Shown here: in pieces, positions 18,535-28,418 of the stretch
How positions within the stretch are numbered: position 1 is the first letter of the stretch
Layout of the letters: each line of letters starts with the position of its first letter
NCBI GenBank assembly: GCA_963621885.1
Contig: CAVFFT010000004.1
Location: forward strand, 12 to 64,011
DNA from: a bacterium
GTDB lineage: Bacteria; Actinomycetota; Coriobacteriia; Coriobacteriales; Eggerthellaceae
Reading direction: 5' to 3'
Length of the DNA: 64,000 nt
The notes under the pieces: generated by a model
Databases searched by the model: none
Told to the model about the DNA's origin: nothing
The model's input: only the letters and a program-made list of their open reading frames with translations
Program-made: the position numbers and the translations under genes

Positions 18535-19692
18535 ATGGACTTCAGCTTGACTGATGAGCAGGAGCTTTTGCTCGAGAGCATCGATGAGTTCGCAGAGCGT
18601 TACTTCGACGAGGACACCATCAAGGCAATGTATGAGAACCATGGTTGCCCGGATGAGATCACCGATGCATATCGCGACGCGGGCTTCGGCTACATGGGCC
18701 TTCCCGAGTCCGTCGGCGGCATCGACACCGACTACCTCACCCTCGCTCTCATGACCGAGCGTCTTTACCACAAGACCGGCTGCATGACCCCGTTCATGAC
18801 CGCTATGCTCGCCATGAAGGACGTCGCTGACTTCGGCACCGAAGAGCAGGCTCAGATGATCATCGACGTGTACAACGAGCAGGGCGGCTGCGCTGCTGCA
18901 CTGGGCATTTCCGAGCCCGCTGCTGGTTCTGACAACAACGGCATGACCACCGTTGTCAAGAAGCAGGAGGACGGCACCTACATCATGAACGGCCAGAAGA
19001 CCTGGGTGACCAATGGTGCTGTGGCCAAGTTCTTCCTCGTTATCGCCAAGGACGAGGATCCCTCCTACGAGAACAAGAGCTACTCCATGTGGCTCGTTCC
19101 GGCCGACGCTGAGGGCATCTCCGTTGGTCTCCTCGACAAGGTTGGCCAGCAGGCCATCGCCTTCACCGACCTCTTCCTTGACAACGTCAAGCTGACCGAG
19201 GCCAACCGCATCGGCGAGCCGGGCAAGGGCTTCTACCTGCTCATGAAGAACTTCGAGTTCGAGCGCTGCCTCGTTGTCGCTCAGGGTCTGGGCCAGGCTC
19301 AGGCTGCTATGGACGACGCTGCCAACTACGTCTCCGAGCGTATGGTCTTCGGCAAGCCGCTCGCTTCCAACCCGCTGGTCCGCGACCTCCTCGTTGAGGC
19401 TGAGACCATCCTCGAGAACGTCCGCACCTACCTCTACAAGTGCTGCTGGATGCTCGACAACGGCGAGTCCATCCGCTCCGAGGTTGCTATGCTCAAGCGT
19501 TACGCGACCAAGGGCTGCACGAAGGTTGCCGACATCGCGATGTCCCTCTACGGTGGCCTTGGCTACACCAACGAGGTTCGCATCGGCCGCATTTGGCGCG
19601 ACCTCCGCGGCAACGAGTTCGCTGGTGGCGCTGTCGAGGTCATGAGCTACATCGCTGGCCGTGAAATCGTCAAGAAGTATAAGAAGAACTAA
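18535..19692 (+). CDS. Acyl-CoA dehydrogenase family protein, CaiA-like
   Basis: MDFSLTDEQELL..., ISEPAAGSD, FEFERCLVVAQ, RIWRDLRGNEFAGG. ATG 18535 follows TAAGGAG. The track ORF begins upstream at 18382. Confidence 0.9.
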   Translation: MDFSLTDEQELLLESIDEFAERYFDEDTIKAMYENHGCPDEITDAYRDAGFGYMGLPESVGGIDTDYLTLALMTERLYHKTGCMTPFMTAMLAMKDVADFGTEEQAQMIIDVYNEQGGCAAALGISEPAAGSDNNGMTTVVKKQEDGTYIMNGQKTWVTNGAVAKFFLVIAKDEDPSYENKSYSMWLVPADAEGISVGLLDKVGQQAIAFTDLFLDNVKLTEANRIGEPGKGFYLLMKNFEFERCLVVAQGLGQAQAAMDDAANYVSERMVFGKPLASNPLVRDLLVEAETILENVRTYLYKCCWMLDNGESIRSEVAMLKRYATKGCTKVADIAMSLYGGLGYTNEVRIGRIWRDLRGNEFAGGAVEVMSYIAGREIVKKYKKN

Positions 19693-19780
19693 AATTAGCA
19701 TCAATTCGGAACCGCTCTCCGGGGCGGTTCCGTCTATAATGCATAGGTCCGTAAGTTTTGGGTAGAAAACGAGGAACAGT

Positions 19781-20527
19781 ATGAAGATTGTTGCTGCAAT
19801 CAAGGTTGTCCCGGACGACGAGGCAATCAAAGTCGCTGCCGATCGCTCTCTTGATGCTTCCAAGGCGAAGGAGAAGATCAGCACCTACGACCTGAACGCG
19901 ATTGAGGCTGGTGCTCAGCTTGCTGCCGCTACTGGTGGCAACCTGGTGGCCATGACCGCTTCTTACGAGGGCGCTAGCTCCAAGAAGGTCCAGAAGGACA
20001 TCCTTGCTCGCGGTCCCGAAGAGCTCTTCGCGTACGCTGACGAGAAGCTTGCTACGGCTGACTCTCTCGCAACCGCCAAGGCCCTGCAGGCTCTGCTTGG
20101 CCAGATCGGCGACTATGACCTCGTCCTCTGCGGCGACGGTTCTGCCGACATGTTCGCTGGCGCTGTTGACGCTCAGCTCGCCGCTCTTCTCGACGTGCCG
20201 GTTGTCAACAAGGTGACCAAGATCACCCCCGAAGGCGACAAGCTCGTCGTCGAGCGCACCCTTGACGCTGTTGTCGAGGAGATCGAAGTGCCGCTGCCTG
20301 CCGTCATCTCCGTGTCGCCTGAGATCGCTCAGCCGCGCATCACCGGCATGAAGGACATCATGGCCGCCGGCAAGAAGCCTGCTCATGTTGATCCTATCGA
20401 CGCTGTCGAGGGCGCTGTCGAGGTTGCCGAGATCAAGGCTCCGGAGCCCACGCCGCGCAAGCAGGAGATTTTCACCGAGGACGACATCGACAAGTTCGCT
20501 GCCGCTCTCGCCGAGGCTATTCGCTAA
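19781..20527 (+). CDS. etfB: Electron transfer flavoprotein beta subunit (FixA-like)
   Basis: MKIVAAIKVVPD..., DLVLCGDGSADM, typical ETF-beta length. Confidence 0.9.
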   Translation: MKIVAAIKVVPDDEAIKVAADRSLDASKAKEKISTYDLNAIEAGAQLAAATGGNLVAMTASYEGASSKKVQKDILARGPEELFAYADEKLATADSLATAKALQALLGQIGDYDLVLCGDGSADMFAGAVDAQLAALLDVPVVNKVTKITPEGDKLVVERTLDAVVEEIEVPLPAVISVSPEIAQPRITGMKDIMAAGKKPAHVDPIDAVEGAVEVAEIKAPEPTPRKQEIFTEDDIDKFAAALAEAIR

Positions 20528-20546
20528 GAGGAGAGGACGATAACAA

Positions 20547-21434
20547 ATGGCTAAAGTACTTGTTCTCGCAGAGTCTGCAGATGCGCAGCGCAGCCTTGCG
20601 GCCGGCGCTCGCACCATTGCTGACGAGGTCGTTCTTGTTGCTGTCGGCACCGCTGAGACCGGTGTCGCTGACAAGGCTTATCAGGTTGAGGTTCCCGCAG
20701 GCGCTGTCGCTGACGACGCTTACCCGGCGATCCAGGGCGTCTTCGACGCTGAGGCTCCCGCAGTCGTTCTGATCGAGCCCTCCGCGCATGCCAAGACCAT
20801 TGGTGCCAAGCTTGCCGCCAAGGCCGGCGCTGCCATCATCCCGAACATCACCGCTCTTGATGGCGATGTTGCTTCCAACATGTACTTCGGTGGTCTTGCA
20901 ATCAAGGCTCAGAAGGCTTCCAGCGACGTGAAGTTCTACACCACCAACGGTGCGCTCTTCGGCGATGCTGCCGCTTCTGGCACCGACGTTGTCGAGAACG
21001 TCGCTTGGGTTGCTCCCGCGAATGCTCTCGTGCTCCGTGGCACGAAGGAAGTTCCGGTTGAGGGTGCTGACCTCACCAAGTCCGACGCTATCGTTGCTGT
21101 CGGCCGTGGCTTCGCTGAGGAAGCTCAGCTCGAGCTCGCCAAGGAACTCGCTGCCAAGATTGGTGCTGACCTCGGTTGCTCCCGTCCTGTCGCTGAGAAC
21201 CTCGGTTGGATGCCCCGCAACCTCTACGTTGGCGTTTCCGGCGTCCAGTGCGCTCCGAAGGCCTACGTTGCCGCTGGCATCTCCGGCCAGATGCAGCACA
21301 TGGTTGGCTGCCAGGACTCGAAGGTCATCTTCGCCATCAACAAGGATGCGAACGCTCCGATCTTCAAGCAGTGCGATTACGGCATCGTTGGCGACGTCGC
21401 CAAGGTGCTCCCGGCTCTGACCGCCGCCCTGTAA
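20547..21434 (+). CDS. etfA: Electron transfer flavoprotein alpha subunit (FixB-like)
   Basis: C-terminal FAD-binding segment VGVSGVQCAPKAYVAAGISGQMQHMVGCQDSKVIFAINKD; follows etfB by 19 nt. Confidence 0.9.
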   Translation: MAKVLVLAESADAQRSLAAGARTIADEVVLVAVGTAETGVADKAYQVEVPAGAVADDAYPAIQGVFDAEAPAVVLIEPSAHAKTIGAKLAAKAGAAIIPNITALDGDVASNMYFGGLAIKAQKASSDVKFYTTNGALFGDAAASGTDVVENVAWVAPANALVLRGTKEVPVEGADLTKSDAIVAVGRGFAEEAQLELAKELAAKIGADLGCSRPVAENLGWMPRNLYVGVSGVQCAPKAYVAAGISGQMQHMVGCQDSKVIFAINKDANAPIFKQCDYGIVGDVAKVLPALTAAL

Positions 21435-21531
21435 GAACCGGCGATTTGAGATTTTAATTGTAGGCAAAGCCCAGTTTATGGATTAAACTGGGCTTTGCTG
21501 TGTAAAGAGACAAGGACTTGGAAGGAGACCC

Positions 21532-22869
21532 ATGGCTGATATCGAGTACGATTTCGACGTAATCGTCGTTGGCGGTGGCATGTCAGGTCTTGTGGCGGCT
21601 TATGAGCTGGCCAAGGCCGAGAAGTCCGTTTTGGTTATGGAGCGTGGCGAGTATTGCGGCGCTAAGAATATGACCGGCGGACGCGTGTATGCGCACTCAC
21701 TGTACAAGGTGTACGGCGACGCGCTTGAGGATGCGCCGTTCCAGCGCAAGATCGTCCATGAGAAGCTTTCGCTTATGAACAAGGATGGCTTGTTCACGAT
21801 GGACACCACCACCCCTGAATTCAGGGAGCAGGGCAAGGAGTCTTACTCCGTGCTGCGCGCACCCTTCGATCAGTGGATGGCGGAGCAGGCTGAGGACATG
21901 GGCGTCGAGATCATGTGCGGCATGCCTGTCGAGGACCTGCTGAAGGGCGAGGACGGCTACATCAACGGCATCGCTGTCGGCAAGGAAGAGGACGGCACTC
22001 GCGAGGAGATGCACGCAAAGGTCATCATGCTGTGCGACGGCGCGAACTCCCTTCTCATCCAGAAGGCCGGCCTGTCCGACCAGAGCGCTCCGACCACCCA
22101 TGAGATGGCTGTTGGCGCGAAGGAAGTCATCGAGCTTGGCGCAGACGTCATCGAGGATCGCTTCGGCGTTGCTCCGGGTGAAGGCACCGCTTGGATGTTC
22201 GCTGGCGAGCTGACCGACGGCAAGCCCGGCGGCCTTGCGCTCTACACGAACGAGGACAGCGTCTCCATCTGCATGGTTGTGCCGCTTGCCGGACTTATCG
22301 AGTCCAACGTGCCGGTCTACCAGCAGCTCGAGAACTTCAAGAACCGCGAAGAGATCAAGCCGCTCCTCAAGGGTGGCAAGACCGTCGAGTACTCGGGCCA
22401 CCTGGTTCCCGAAGGCGGTTACAACATGCTGCAGCGTCATCGCGTCTGCGGCAATGGCGTCATCGCTTGCGGCGACAACATCGGTCTCTGCATCAACTCG
22501 GGCTACTCCGTCCGCGGCATGGATCTCGCCGTCACCTCTGGTCAGCTCGCTGCCCAGGCTGTGAACGCCGCTATCGATGCTGACGACTTCTCCGCTACCA
22601 AGCTCGGCGCTTACAAGACCGCGCTTGACAGCAGCTACGTGGTCCACGACCTCAAGAACTTCCAGAACTTCCCGGCGTTCATGGACAACGACCTCGACAT
22701 GCTCTGGGACAACACGCTGCCCGATTTCGTGCTTAACCTGTTCAAGAAGCTTTACGTGATCGATGGCACGGGCGAGACCCCCATCAAGAAGAAGGTCATG
22801 CCCATGGTCAAGGAACTCGGCATGATGAAGCTTGCGAAGCTGGTCTGGAAGGCGATGAAGGCACTATGA
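21532..22869 (+). CDS. fixC: FAD-dependent ETF-quinone oxidoreductase-like protein FixC
   Basis: DVIVVGGGMSGLVAAYELA..., GAKNMTGGRVYAHSL, SYSVLRAPFDQWMAEQAE; colinear with my memory of E. coli FixC. Confidence 0.9.
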   Translation: MADIEYDFDVIVVGGGMSGLVAAYELAKAEKSVLVMERGEYCGAKNMTGGRVYAHSLYKVYGDALEDAPFQRKIVHEKLSLMNKDGLFTMDTTTPEFREQGKESYSVLRAPFDQWMAEQAEDMGVEIMCGMPVEDLLKGEDGYINGIAVGKEEDGTREEMHAKVIMLCDGANSLLIQKAGLSDQSAPTTHEMAVGAKEVIELGADVIEDRFGVAPGEGTAWMFAGELTDGKPGGLALYTNEDSVSICMVVPLAGLIESNVPVYQQLENFKNREEIKPLLKGGKTVEYSGHLVPEGGYNMLQRHRVCGNGVIACGDNIGLCINSGYSVRGMDLAVTSGQLAAQAVNAAIDADDFSATKLGAYKTALDSSYVVHDLKNFQNFPAFMDNDLDMLWDNTLPDFVLNLFKKLYVIDGTGETPIKKKVMPMVKELGMMKLAKLVWKAMKAL

Positions 22870-23180
22870 GTAAGGGATATCCGGAAATCACCGTCAATGT
22901 AGACGAAAAGCTCGCGCTGAACAAGTTCAACGTCAACGAGGAATATCCTCACATCGAGGTTGAAGAGAATGCTCCTGAGGGGGAATTCCGCAAGCTCGTT
23001 CTCGCGTGCCCTGCTGCTCTGTTCAAGGTAGACGAAGAAGGCAACCAGTCTTATGACTACGCCGGCTGCCTCGAGTGCGGCACTTGCCGTGTGGTCTGCG
23101 GCAATACCATTATCAAGAAGTGGAGCTTCCCGATTATGGGTATTGAAGGCGGATCGGGCGTGCAGTATCTGTACGGCTAA
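22866..23180 (+). CDS. fixX: Ferredoxin-like protein FixX
   Basis: KFNVNEEYPHI..., CPAALFK..., YDYAGCLECGTCRVVC..., ends YLYG. Overlaps the fixC stop by 4 nt. Confidence 0.85.
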   Translation: MSKGYPEITVNVDEKLALNKFNVNEEYPHIEVEENAPEGEFRKLVLACPAALFKVDEEGNQSYDYAGCLECGTCRVVCGNTIIKKWSFPIMGIEGGSGVQYLYG

Positions 23181-23218
23181 GATTCATTTGCCGACATACA
23201 TCCTTTGATGGATTTGGA

Positions 23219-23251
23219 AGAGACCTCCGCATAGGGGGTCTCTTTGCGTTT
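23219..23251 (+). terminator. Terminator after fixX
   Basis: agagacc-N11-ggtctct followed by TTGCGTTT. Confidence 0.65.
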
Positions 23252-23345
23252 CCCGTGTGTTACTCTCTAGTGCTGAACGGAATTGGAGATATTCGTTCTT
23301 TTCGCATGCGCCAAGCATGTTGGCATAGAGAAGGGTCATTGCAAG

Positions 23346-26300
23346 ATGCAGATGTCAGACTCACTGGAACAGCCCAGGAAGAACAATCGATACGCGGCCG
23401 CCATTTCGGCAATGATTGCCGTTAGCATCACCGCGGGCGCCGTTGCTGCGACGCCGGCATACGCCGAAGAAGAGGCCGTAGCGGCGGGCGAGACCCCGGC
23501 AGTAGTTCTGGACCAGAAATCAGCCGCTTCAACGACACCCAAACATGCGGCCGTTTCTTCTGCTTCTGTGAGCGACGAAAGCAATGGTGAAGTTTCGGGC
23601 TCTGCGGGCGCAACCACGGAAGCCGCGAGCGAAAACGGCGAGGCTAGCTCTGTCGTAAGCGGCGCTTCCGAAAATGGTGAGACGAATGAAGCGGCGGGCA
23701 CCGCTTCCGAAAGCAACGCCGCGAGTGAGGGCAACAATTCGAGTTCGGATGCTTCGTCTGCCGGCAATGCTTCTTCCAATAGTTCTCCGGCAGCCGGTGA
23801 CGAGAATGCTGCTTCAGGCATGAATAACGCCACTGTTGATACGAGTGCCACGCCTGCAGAAACTCCTGCGAATGAAACCGCGAATGAAACCACAAACGCC
23901 AACAGCTTGACTGGTACCGCCCAGAACGCGAACAACGTTGAGTTGCCAATCGTATCTGGCAAACCCGCCAACAAGATTTGGAATTCACGTACTGCCTACG
24001 CGTACGACTCACTCTATGGGGCACTTGTCGAAGCGCAGGACGGAGACACCTTGCTCGTGGATGGCACCCTTAAAGAGGGAAGTTCCTCCACTATCACGAA
24101 GAAGCTTACGATTGCGGCCAGCATCAATGGCGGCAAAATTAGATTCATGATCAGCACGCAGCTCACTGTCGATGGAGGCGACCTCACTCTCGGTGATGGT
24201 GACGAAGAGAGCGCGGGTCTCGAGCTCGTTTGTGAAAGCGGATGGCCTGCATTCATTGTTGTAGAGGATGGCGGCGTTCTCACCTTGAAGGACGGCGTGA
24301 CTATCACCAATCCCAAAAATACTACTGAGTATGCGATTTATGTCGGCGAGGACGCGGCGGAGAATAAGCAGTCTAGCTTTCACGGCGAGGGCGGCACCGT
24401 CAAGGGTGGCGAAGTCCACCTGGGTGAAAATTGCGTGGGCGCCACCATCTCGGGCGGTACTTACGAGAATACCGGAAACTATAACGGTATGAATAGTTTC
24501 GCCCTCTACAATGATGGCCAAATTGAGTCCATCACGGGTGGTACTTTCACGGCAAATGAAATCGCTTTCGTGAACTTCGGGACCGTCAAAAGTATTAGCG
24601 GAGGATCCTTCACGGCAAAAGCCGACAATTGGAACTTGATTCCTTCAAGCTGGCTTGAATGGTACGAGGAACGCCCAAGCGGCCTTTTGAATCTTGGCAC
24701 CATTACGGAAATTAGCGGCGGCGAATTTAATGGTACGGGTAACAGTCGCGCCTGCGGCTTAAGCAATGGCCTGATGAGCTGGGGAAGAATCTCGAACACC
24801 TACGCCTGTTCAATCGGCAAAATCACCGGCGGGAATTTCAATGCGAATAGTTTCGGCATTTTCAATGGATATCAGACTCAGCAAGGAATCAGCAGTGGAG
24901 CTGCTATTTCAAGCATAAGCGATGTAACCGTGTTATCTCGAACGAGCAGCGGACTTGAGAATTATGGCGAGATTTCGGCTATTGCCAATTCGACTTTTAC
25001 CGGAGCTGATGCCGGAGTGCGAAATAGGCCCAGTGGAATCATCGAAAAGCTTGTCTCAGGCACCTATGTAGGACTTGGTGGTTCGCAATACCAATACGGC
25101 TTTGGGTATATTAACCTCTCCAGTGAAGCGACAGCAGCGACCAAGATTGAGATAGATCTTGATGGTGGAATCGGTGCTGGACGCTATTGGGGTGGAAAAG
25201 GTTTTGACAAAACTGGAACCGAACCGCCGATGACCCCTGTTGGCGACGGATACCATATGCACTTTATGATGACGTATGCTATCTACGGGAACGTCATTCT
25301 TCCTTACGGCTATTCGCTTACTACTAAGTCAGACCCACGACTTCCGAGTACCCGTGCCGATATCGACGGTTATTCCAACTACGACTTCCGCTATTTGAAG
25401 GACAACTGTACCCGGCTGAGCTACAACGGAAATGGCGCGACTGGTGGCGCAACCGCTTCGCAGAAGGCGAGCTCGCGTGGTGAGAGACTTGGGGTCGCGG
25501 AAAACGGTTTCACCCGCCCGGGATACAAATTCGTGTGCTGGAACACGCAAGCCGACGGCATGGGCACGTCCTATGTTCCCTACACGGGCGGCACCATGAC
25601 GTGGGAAAACTCGATTGCGCTTATGTCCAGCGTGATTCTTTACGCGCAGTGGGAGCCCTACAAGCTCAGTTACGACGCGAACGCGACGAACGCGACAGGC
25701 AAGATGGGCGACAACATTCCCGCCAAGGACGATGTGACCGGCCAAGTCACGGTGTCCGCGAACGATCCGACGGGCGGCAATGGCTTCGAGCGTCCAGGCT
25801 GGAAATTCATTGGTTGGAACACCAAATCCGATGGCACCGGCACGGCTTACACGGCGGGCACGAAGCTCGTGCTCGAGAGTGACCTCACCCTTTACTCGCA
25901 GTGGGAGGCGTACGCGCTGACCTACAATGCGAACGCCAAGACGGCGACTGGCTCTATGAAGAACACGACCGTCGCGGATGACGCCACCGACGCCAAGGTG
26001 AAGGTCTCCGCCAACGATCCGGCCACCGGCAACGGCTACACACGCCCGGGCTGGAGGTTCACGGGCTGGAACACGCAAGCCGACGGCCAGGGCGATTCCT
26101 ACGCGCCCGATGACGTTATCGACCTGTCCAATGGCGGGTTGACCCTTTACGCTCAGTGGGAGCCCTACACGCTGAGCTATGACGAGAACGCGAACAGCGC
26201 AACTGGCAAGATGGCTCCAGCCACGCCCGCCGAGGATGATGCGACCGGCAAGGTCACGGTTTCCGCCAACGGCTTCGAGCGTCCCGGTTGGAAGTTCGCC

Positions 26301-28025
26301 GGCTGGAAGGACAAGGACGGCAACGTTTACGCGGTTGGCAAGGAGCTGACGCTCGAGAGCGACCTCACGCTTTATGCGCAGTGGGAGGCCTACAAGCTCA
26401 GCTACGACAAGAACTCCGAAGGCGCCACGGGCACCATGGACGACACCACTGTGGCGGAGGATGCCACCGATGCCAAGGTGAAGGCGTCAGCGAATGGCTT
26501 CGACCATCCGGGCTGGAAGTTCACGGGTTGGAACACAAAAGCCGACGGCACGGGCGATTCCTACGCGGCTGGCGAGACGATCGAGCTTTCCGAAGCCGGT
26601 CTGACACTTTACGCGCAATGGGAACCCTACAAGCTCAGCTATAACGGCAACGGAGCTATCAGCGGAACCGTCGACCCCTCGACACCCGCGGAGGACGACA
26701 CCAAGGGCGAGGTAACGGTATCGGCCAATGGCTTCGAACGTCCGGGCTGGCACTTCCTTGGATGGAAGGACGCGTCCGGCAACGAGTACGCCATCGGTCA
26801 GACGATGACGCTGACTGATGACCTTGAGATCATTGCTCAATGGGAGGCCTTCAAGGTCAACTACTTTGCTAATGCCGCCAATGCGAAGGGCTCCGTCGAA
26901 TCCGGCATGCCTTCACCGACCGATCCCAAGGCGACGATCACCGTTGCAAAGAACGGCTTCGATCGCGCAGGCTGGAAGTTCACCGGTTGGAAAGACGAGG
27001 CTGGCAATGCCTACGAGCCGGGCGCAACAGTAATAGAGCTTGCTTCCAACCTTAACCTTTACGCCCAGTGGGAGGCGTACGCGCTGACCTACGACGCGAA
27101 CGCCTCTAAGGCGCAGGGTTCCATGGAGGACACGACCGTCGCTGAGGATGCGACCGACGCCAAGGTGAAGGTCTCCGCCAACGATCCGGCCACCGGCAAC
27201 GGCTACACGCTTGCGGGCTTCCGCTTCGCGGGATGGAACACGCAAGCTGACGGCCAGGGCGACTCCTATGCGCCTGGCAGCGATATCGACCTCGCCAATG
27301 GGGGAGTGACCCTTTACGCGCAGTGGGAGGCTTACAAGCTGACCTACGACAAGAATGCTACGGCGGCGGAAGGCGAGATGGAAGACGGCGTCCCGTCTTC
27401 CAAGGATGAACCGGCGATCACAGTTTCCGATAGCGTTTACTATCGTCTGGGCTATAAGTTCACCGGTTGGAAGGACACAGCTGGCAACGTTTACGCTGTC
27501 GGCAAGGATCTGACGCTCGAGAGCGACCTCACGCTTTACGCGCAGTGGGAGGCTTACAAGATTACCTACGATGCGAACGCAAGTGACGCAACTGGTTCGA
27601 TGAACCCGAGCGTTCCCGCTTCAGCGGAAGATCTGAACGCCAAGATCACTGTGGCGGAAAATGGCTTTGTCCGCGATGGCTACAAGTTCATCGGATGGAA
27701 CACCGCAGCAGACGGCTCTGGCTACGATGTCGCTCCCGGTTATGAGTTCACCCTGAAAGAAACCGATCTCACGCTTTACGCTCAGTGGGAAAAGGCCGCG
27801 GATGATAGCGGCGAAGACGATGAAGAAAAGGCCGATAACACCAACACCGATACAGGCGACAAGGCGCACAAGATCGTAACGAAAGCCAAGAACGGCAAGG
27901 TCGTCATCAAGGACGCTATTCCCAAGACCGGCGATGGCACAACGCCGTTCGGTGCCGCTATTCTCGCAATCGCTTCGTTGCTGGCCGGATTCTTCGCCCG
28001 CTTTAGGAAGCGCAAGGCGGAGTAG
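23346..28025 (+). CDS. Giant sortase-anchored surface protein: signal peptide, Ser/Ala/Asn-rich linker, solenoid-like region, 10 Listeria-Bacteroides-type (InlB B-repeat-like) repeats, IPKTG anchor
   Basis: Track ORF 23283..28025; ATG 23346 follows GAGAAGGG. Signal NRYAAAISAMIAVSITAGAVAATPAYA. Ten units end in [YI][AS]QWE and contain GF.RPGW.F.GWNT. C-terminal IPKTGD plus hydrophobic stretch plus RFRKRK. Confidence 0.85.
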   Translation: MQMSDSLEQPRKNNRYAAAISAMIAVSITAGAVAATPAYAEEEAVAAGETPAVVLDQKSAASTTPKHAAVSSASVSDESNGEVSGSAGATTEAASENGEASSVVSGASENGETNEAAGTASESNAASEGNNSSSDASSAGNASSNSSPAAGDENAASGMNNATVDTSATPAETPANETANETTNANSLTGTAQNANNVELPIVSGKPANKIWNSRTAYAYDSLYGALVEAQDGDTLLVDGTLKEGSSSTITKKLTIAASINGGKIRFMISTQLTVDGGDLTLGDGDEESAGLELVCESGWPAFIVVEDGGVLTLKDGVTITNPKNTTEYAIYVGEDAAENKQSSFHGEGGTVKGGEVHLGENCVGATISGGTYENTGNYNGMNSFALYNDGQIESITGGTFTANEIAFVNFGTVKSISGGSFTAKADNWNLIPSSWLEWYEERPSGLLNLGTITEISGGEFNGTGNSRACGLSNGLMSWGRISNTYACSIGKITGGNFNANSFGIFNGYQTQQGISSGAAISSISDVTVLSRTSSGLENYGEISAIANSTFTGADAGVRNRPSGIIEKLVSGTYVGLGGSQYQYGFGYINLSSEATAATKIEIDLDGGIGAGRYWGGKGFDKTGTEPPMTPVGDGYHMHFMMTYAIYGNVILPYGYSLTTKSDPRLPSTRADIDGYSNYDFRYLKDNCTRLSYNGNGATGGATASQKASSRGERLGVAENGFTRPGYKFVCWNTQADGMGTSYVPYTGGTMTWENSIALMSSVILYAQWEPYKLSYDANATNATGKMGDNIPAKDDVTGQVTVSANDPTGGNGFERPGWKFIGWNTKSDGTGTAYTAGTKLVLESDLTLYSQWEAYALTYNANAKTATGSMKNTTVADDATDAKVKVSANDPATGNGYTRPGWRFTGWNTQADGQGDSYAPDDVIDLSNGGLTLYAQWEPYTLSYDENANSATGKMAPATPAEDDATGKVTVSANGFERPGWKFAGWKDKDGNVYAVGKELTLESDLTLYAQWEAYKLSYDKNSEGATGTMDDTTVAEDATDAKVKASANGFDHPGWKFTGWNTKADGTGDSYAAGETIELSEAGLTLYAQWEPYKLSYNGNGAISGTVDPSTPAEDDTKGEVTVSANGFERPGWHFLGWKDASGNEYAIGQTMTLTDDLEIIAQWEAFKVNYFANAANAKGSVESGMPSPTDPKATITVAKNGFDRAGWKFTGWKDEAGNAYEPGATVIELASNLNLYAQWEAYALTYDANASKAQGSMEDTTVAEDATDAKVKVSANDPATGNGYTLAGFRFAGWNTQADGQGDSYAPGSDIDLANGGVTLYAQWEAYKLTYDKNATAAEGEMEDGVPSSKDEPAITVSDSVYYRLGYKFTGWKDTAGNVYAVGKDLTLESDLTLYAQWEAYKITYDANASDATGSMNPSVPASAEDLNAKITVAENGFVRDGYKFIGWNTAADGSGYDVAPGYEFTLKETDLTLYAQWEKAADDSGEDDEEKADNTNTDTGDKAHKIVTKAKNGKVVIKDAIPKTGDGTTPFGAAILAIASLLAGFFARFRKRKAE
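25415..27791 (+). repeat. Ten tandem roughly 75-80-aa coding repeats (B-repeat domains) inside surface protein 1
   Basis: Recurring DNA blocks such as ctttacgcgcagtgggaggc and ggctggaagttc; protein motif ...LYAQWE[AP]Y.L.Y... counted 10 times. Confidence 0.85.
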
Positions 28026-28076
28026 TAAAGTTTCCGTTACACGGCAATAACCGAAGCTTCTGTCTTCGAACGAGGG

Positions 28077-28104
28077 GAGGGTCATTCAAATGGCCCTCTT
28101 TTTC
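28077..28104 (+). terminator. Terminator after surface protein 1
   Basis: gagggtcat-tcaa-atggccctc (one G-U pair) followed by TTTTTC. Confidence 0.55.
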
Positions 28105-28418
28105 TTGTTATGCGTTAGAAGCGATCAATGGATGACGGTCGGTATCACTTGCGTATCGCTTCGACTGCGGCACCTTCCCATAAGTCATGGCAAGCGCGAT
28201 TCATTTGCCGTTTCAGTGCGAATGACCAGTTCCCACCTCCCTTCGCTTGCGCGTTTGAATGGTGCGGCGTATGGCCGCAGAATTGCATTCCAAAATTCGA
28301 TTGAATAAAGATTCAGATGTTATGTGTTGATTCTGTGTTAGTGTTTGACTATGAGGCGGTAGCGGGGTCACCGCATCATTTCTGACTGGTTTGTATGACA
28401 CAAAGGGGACGATGCCAT

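Noticed and set aside
23181-23193. 13-nt motif GATTCATTTGCCG shared upstream of both surface-protein genes (second copy at 28197-28209), considered as a common regulatory site
   Set aside because: The first copy sits between the fixX stop codon and the fixX terminator, upstream of the terminator rather than in a promoter. No further similarity flanks the two copies. Probably coincidence.
25415-27791. Regularly spaced DNA repeats, checked as a possible CRISPR array
   Set aside because: The repeats are roughly 230-bp coding units in one continuous reading frame (B-repeat domains). They are not short repeats separated by unique spacers, and there are no cas genes.
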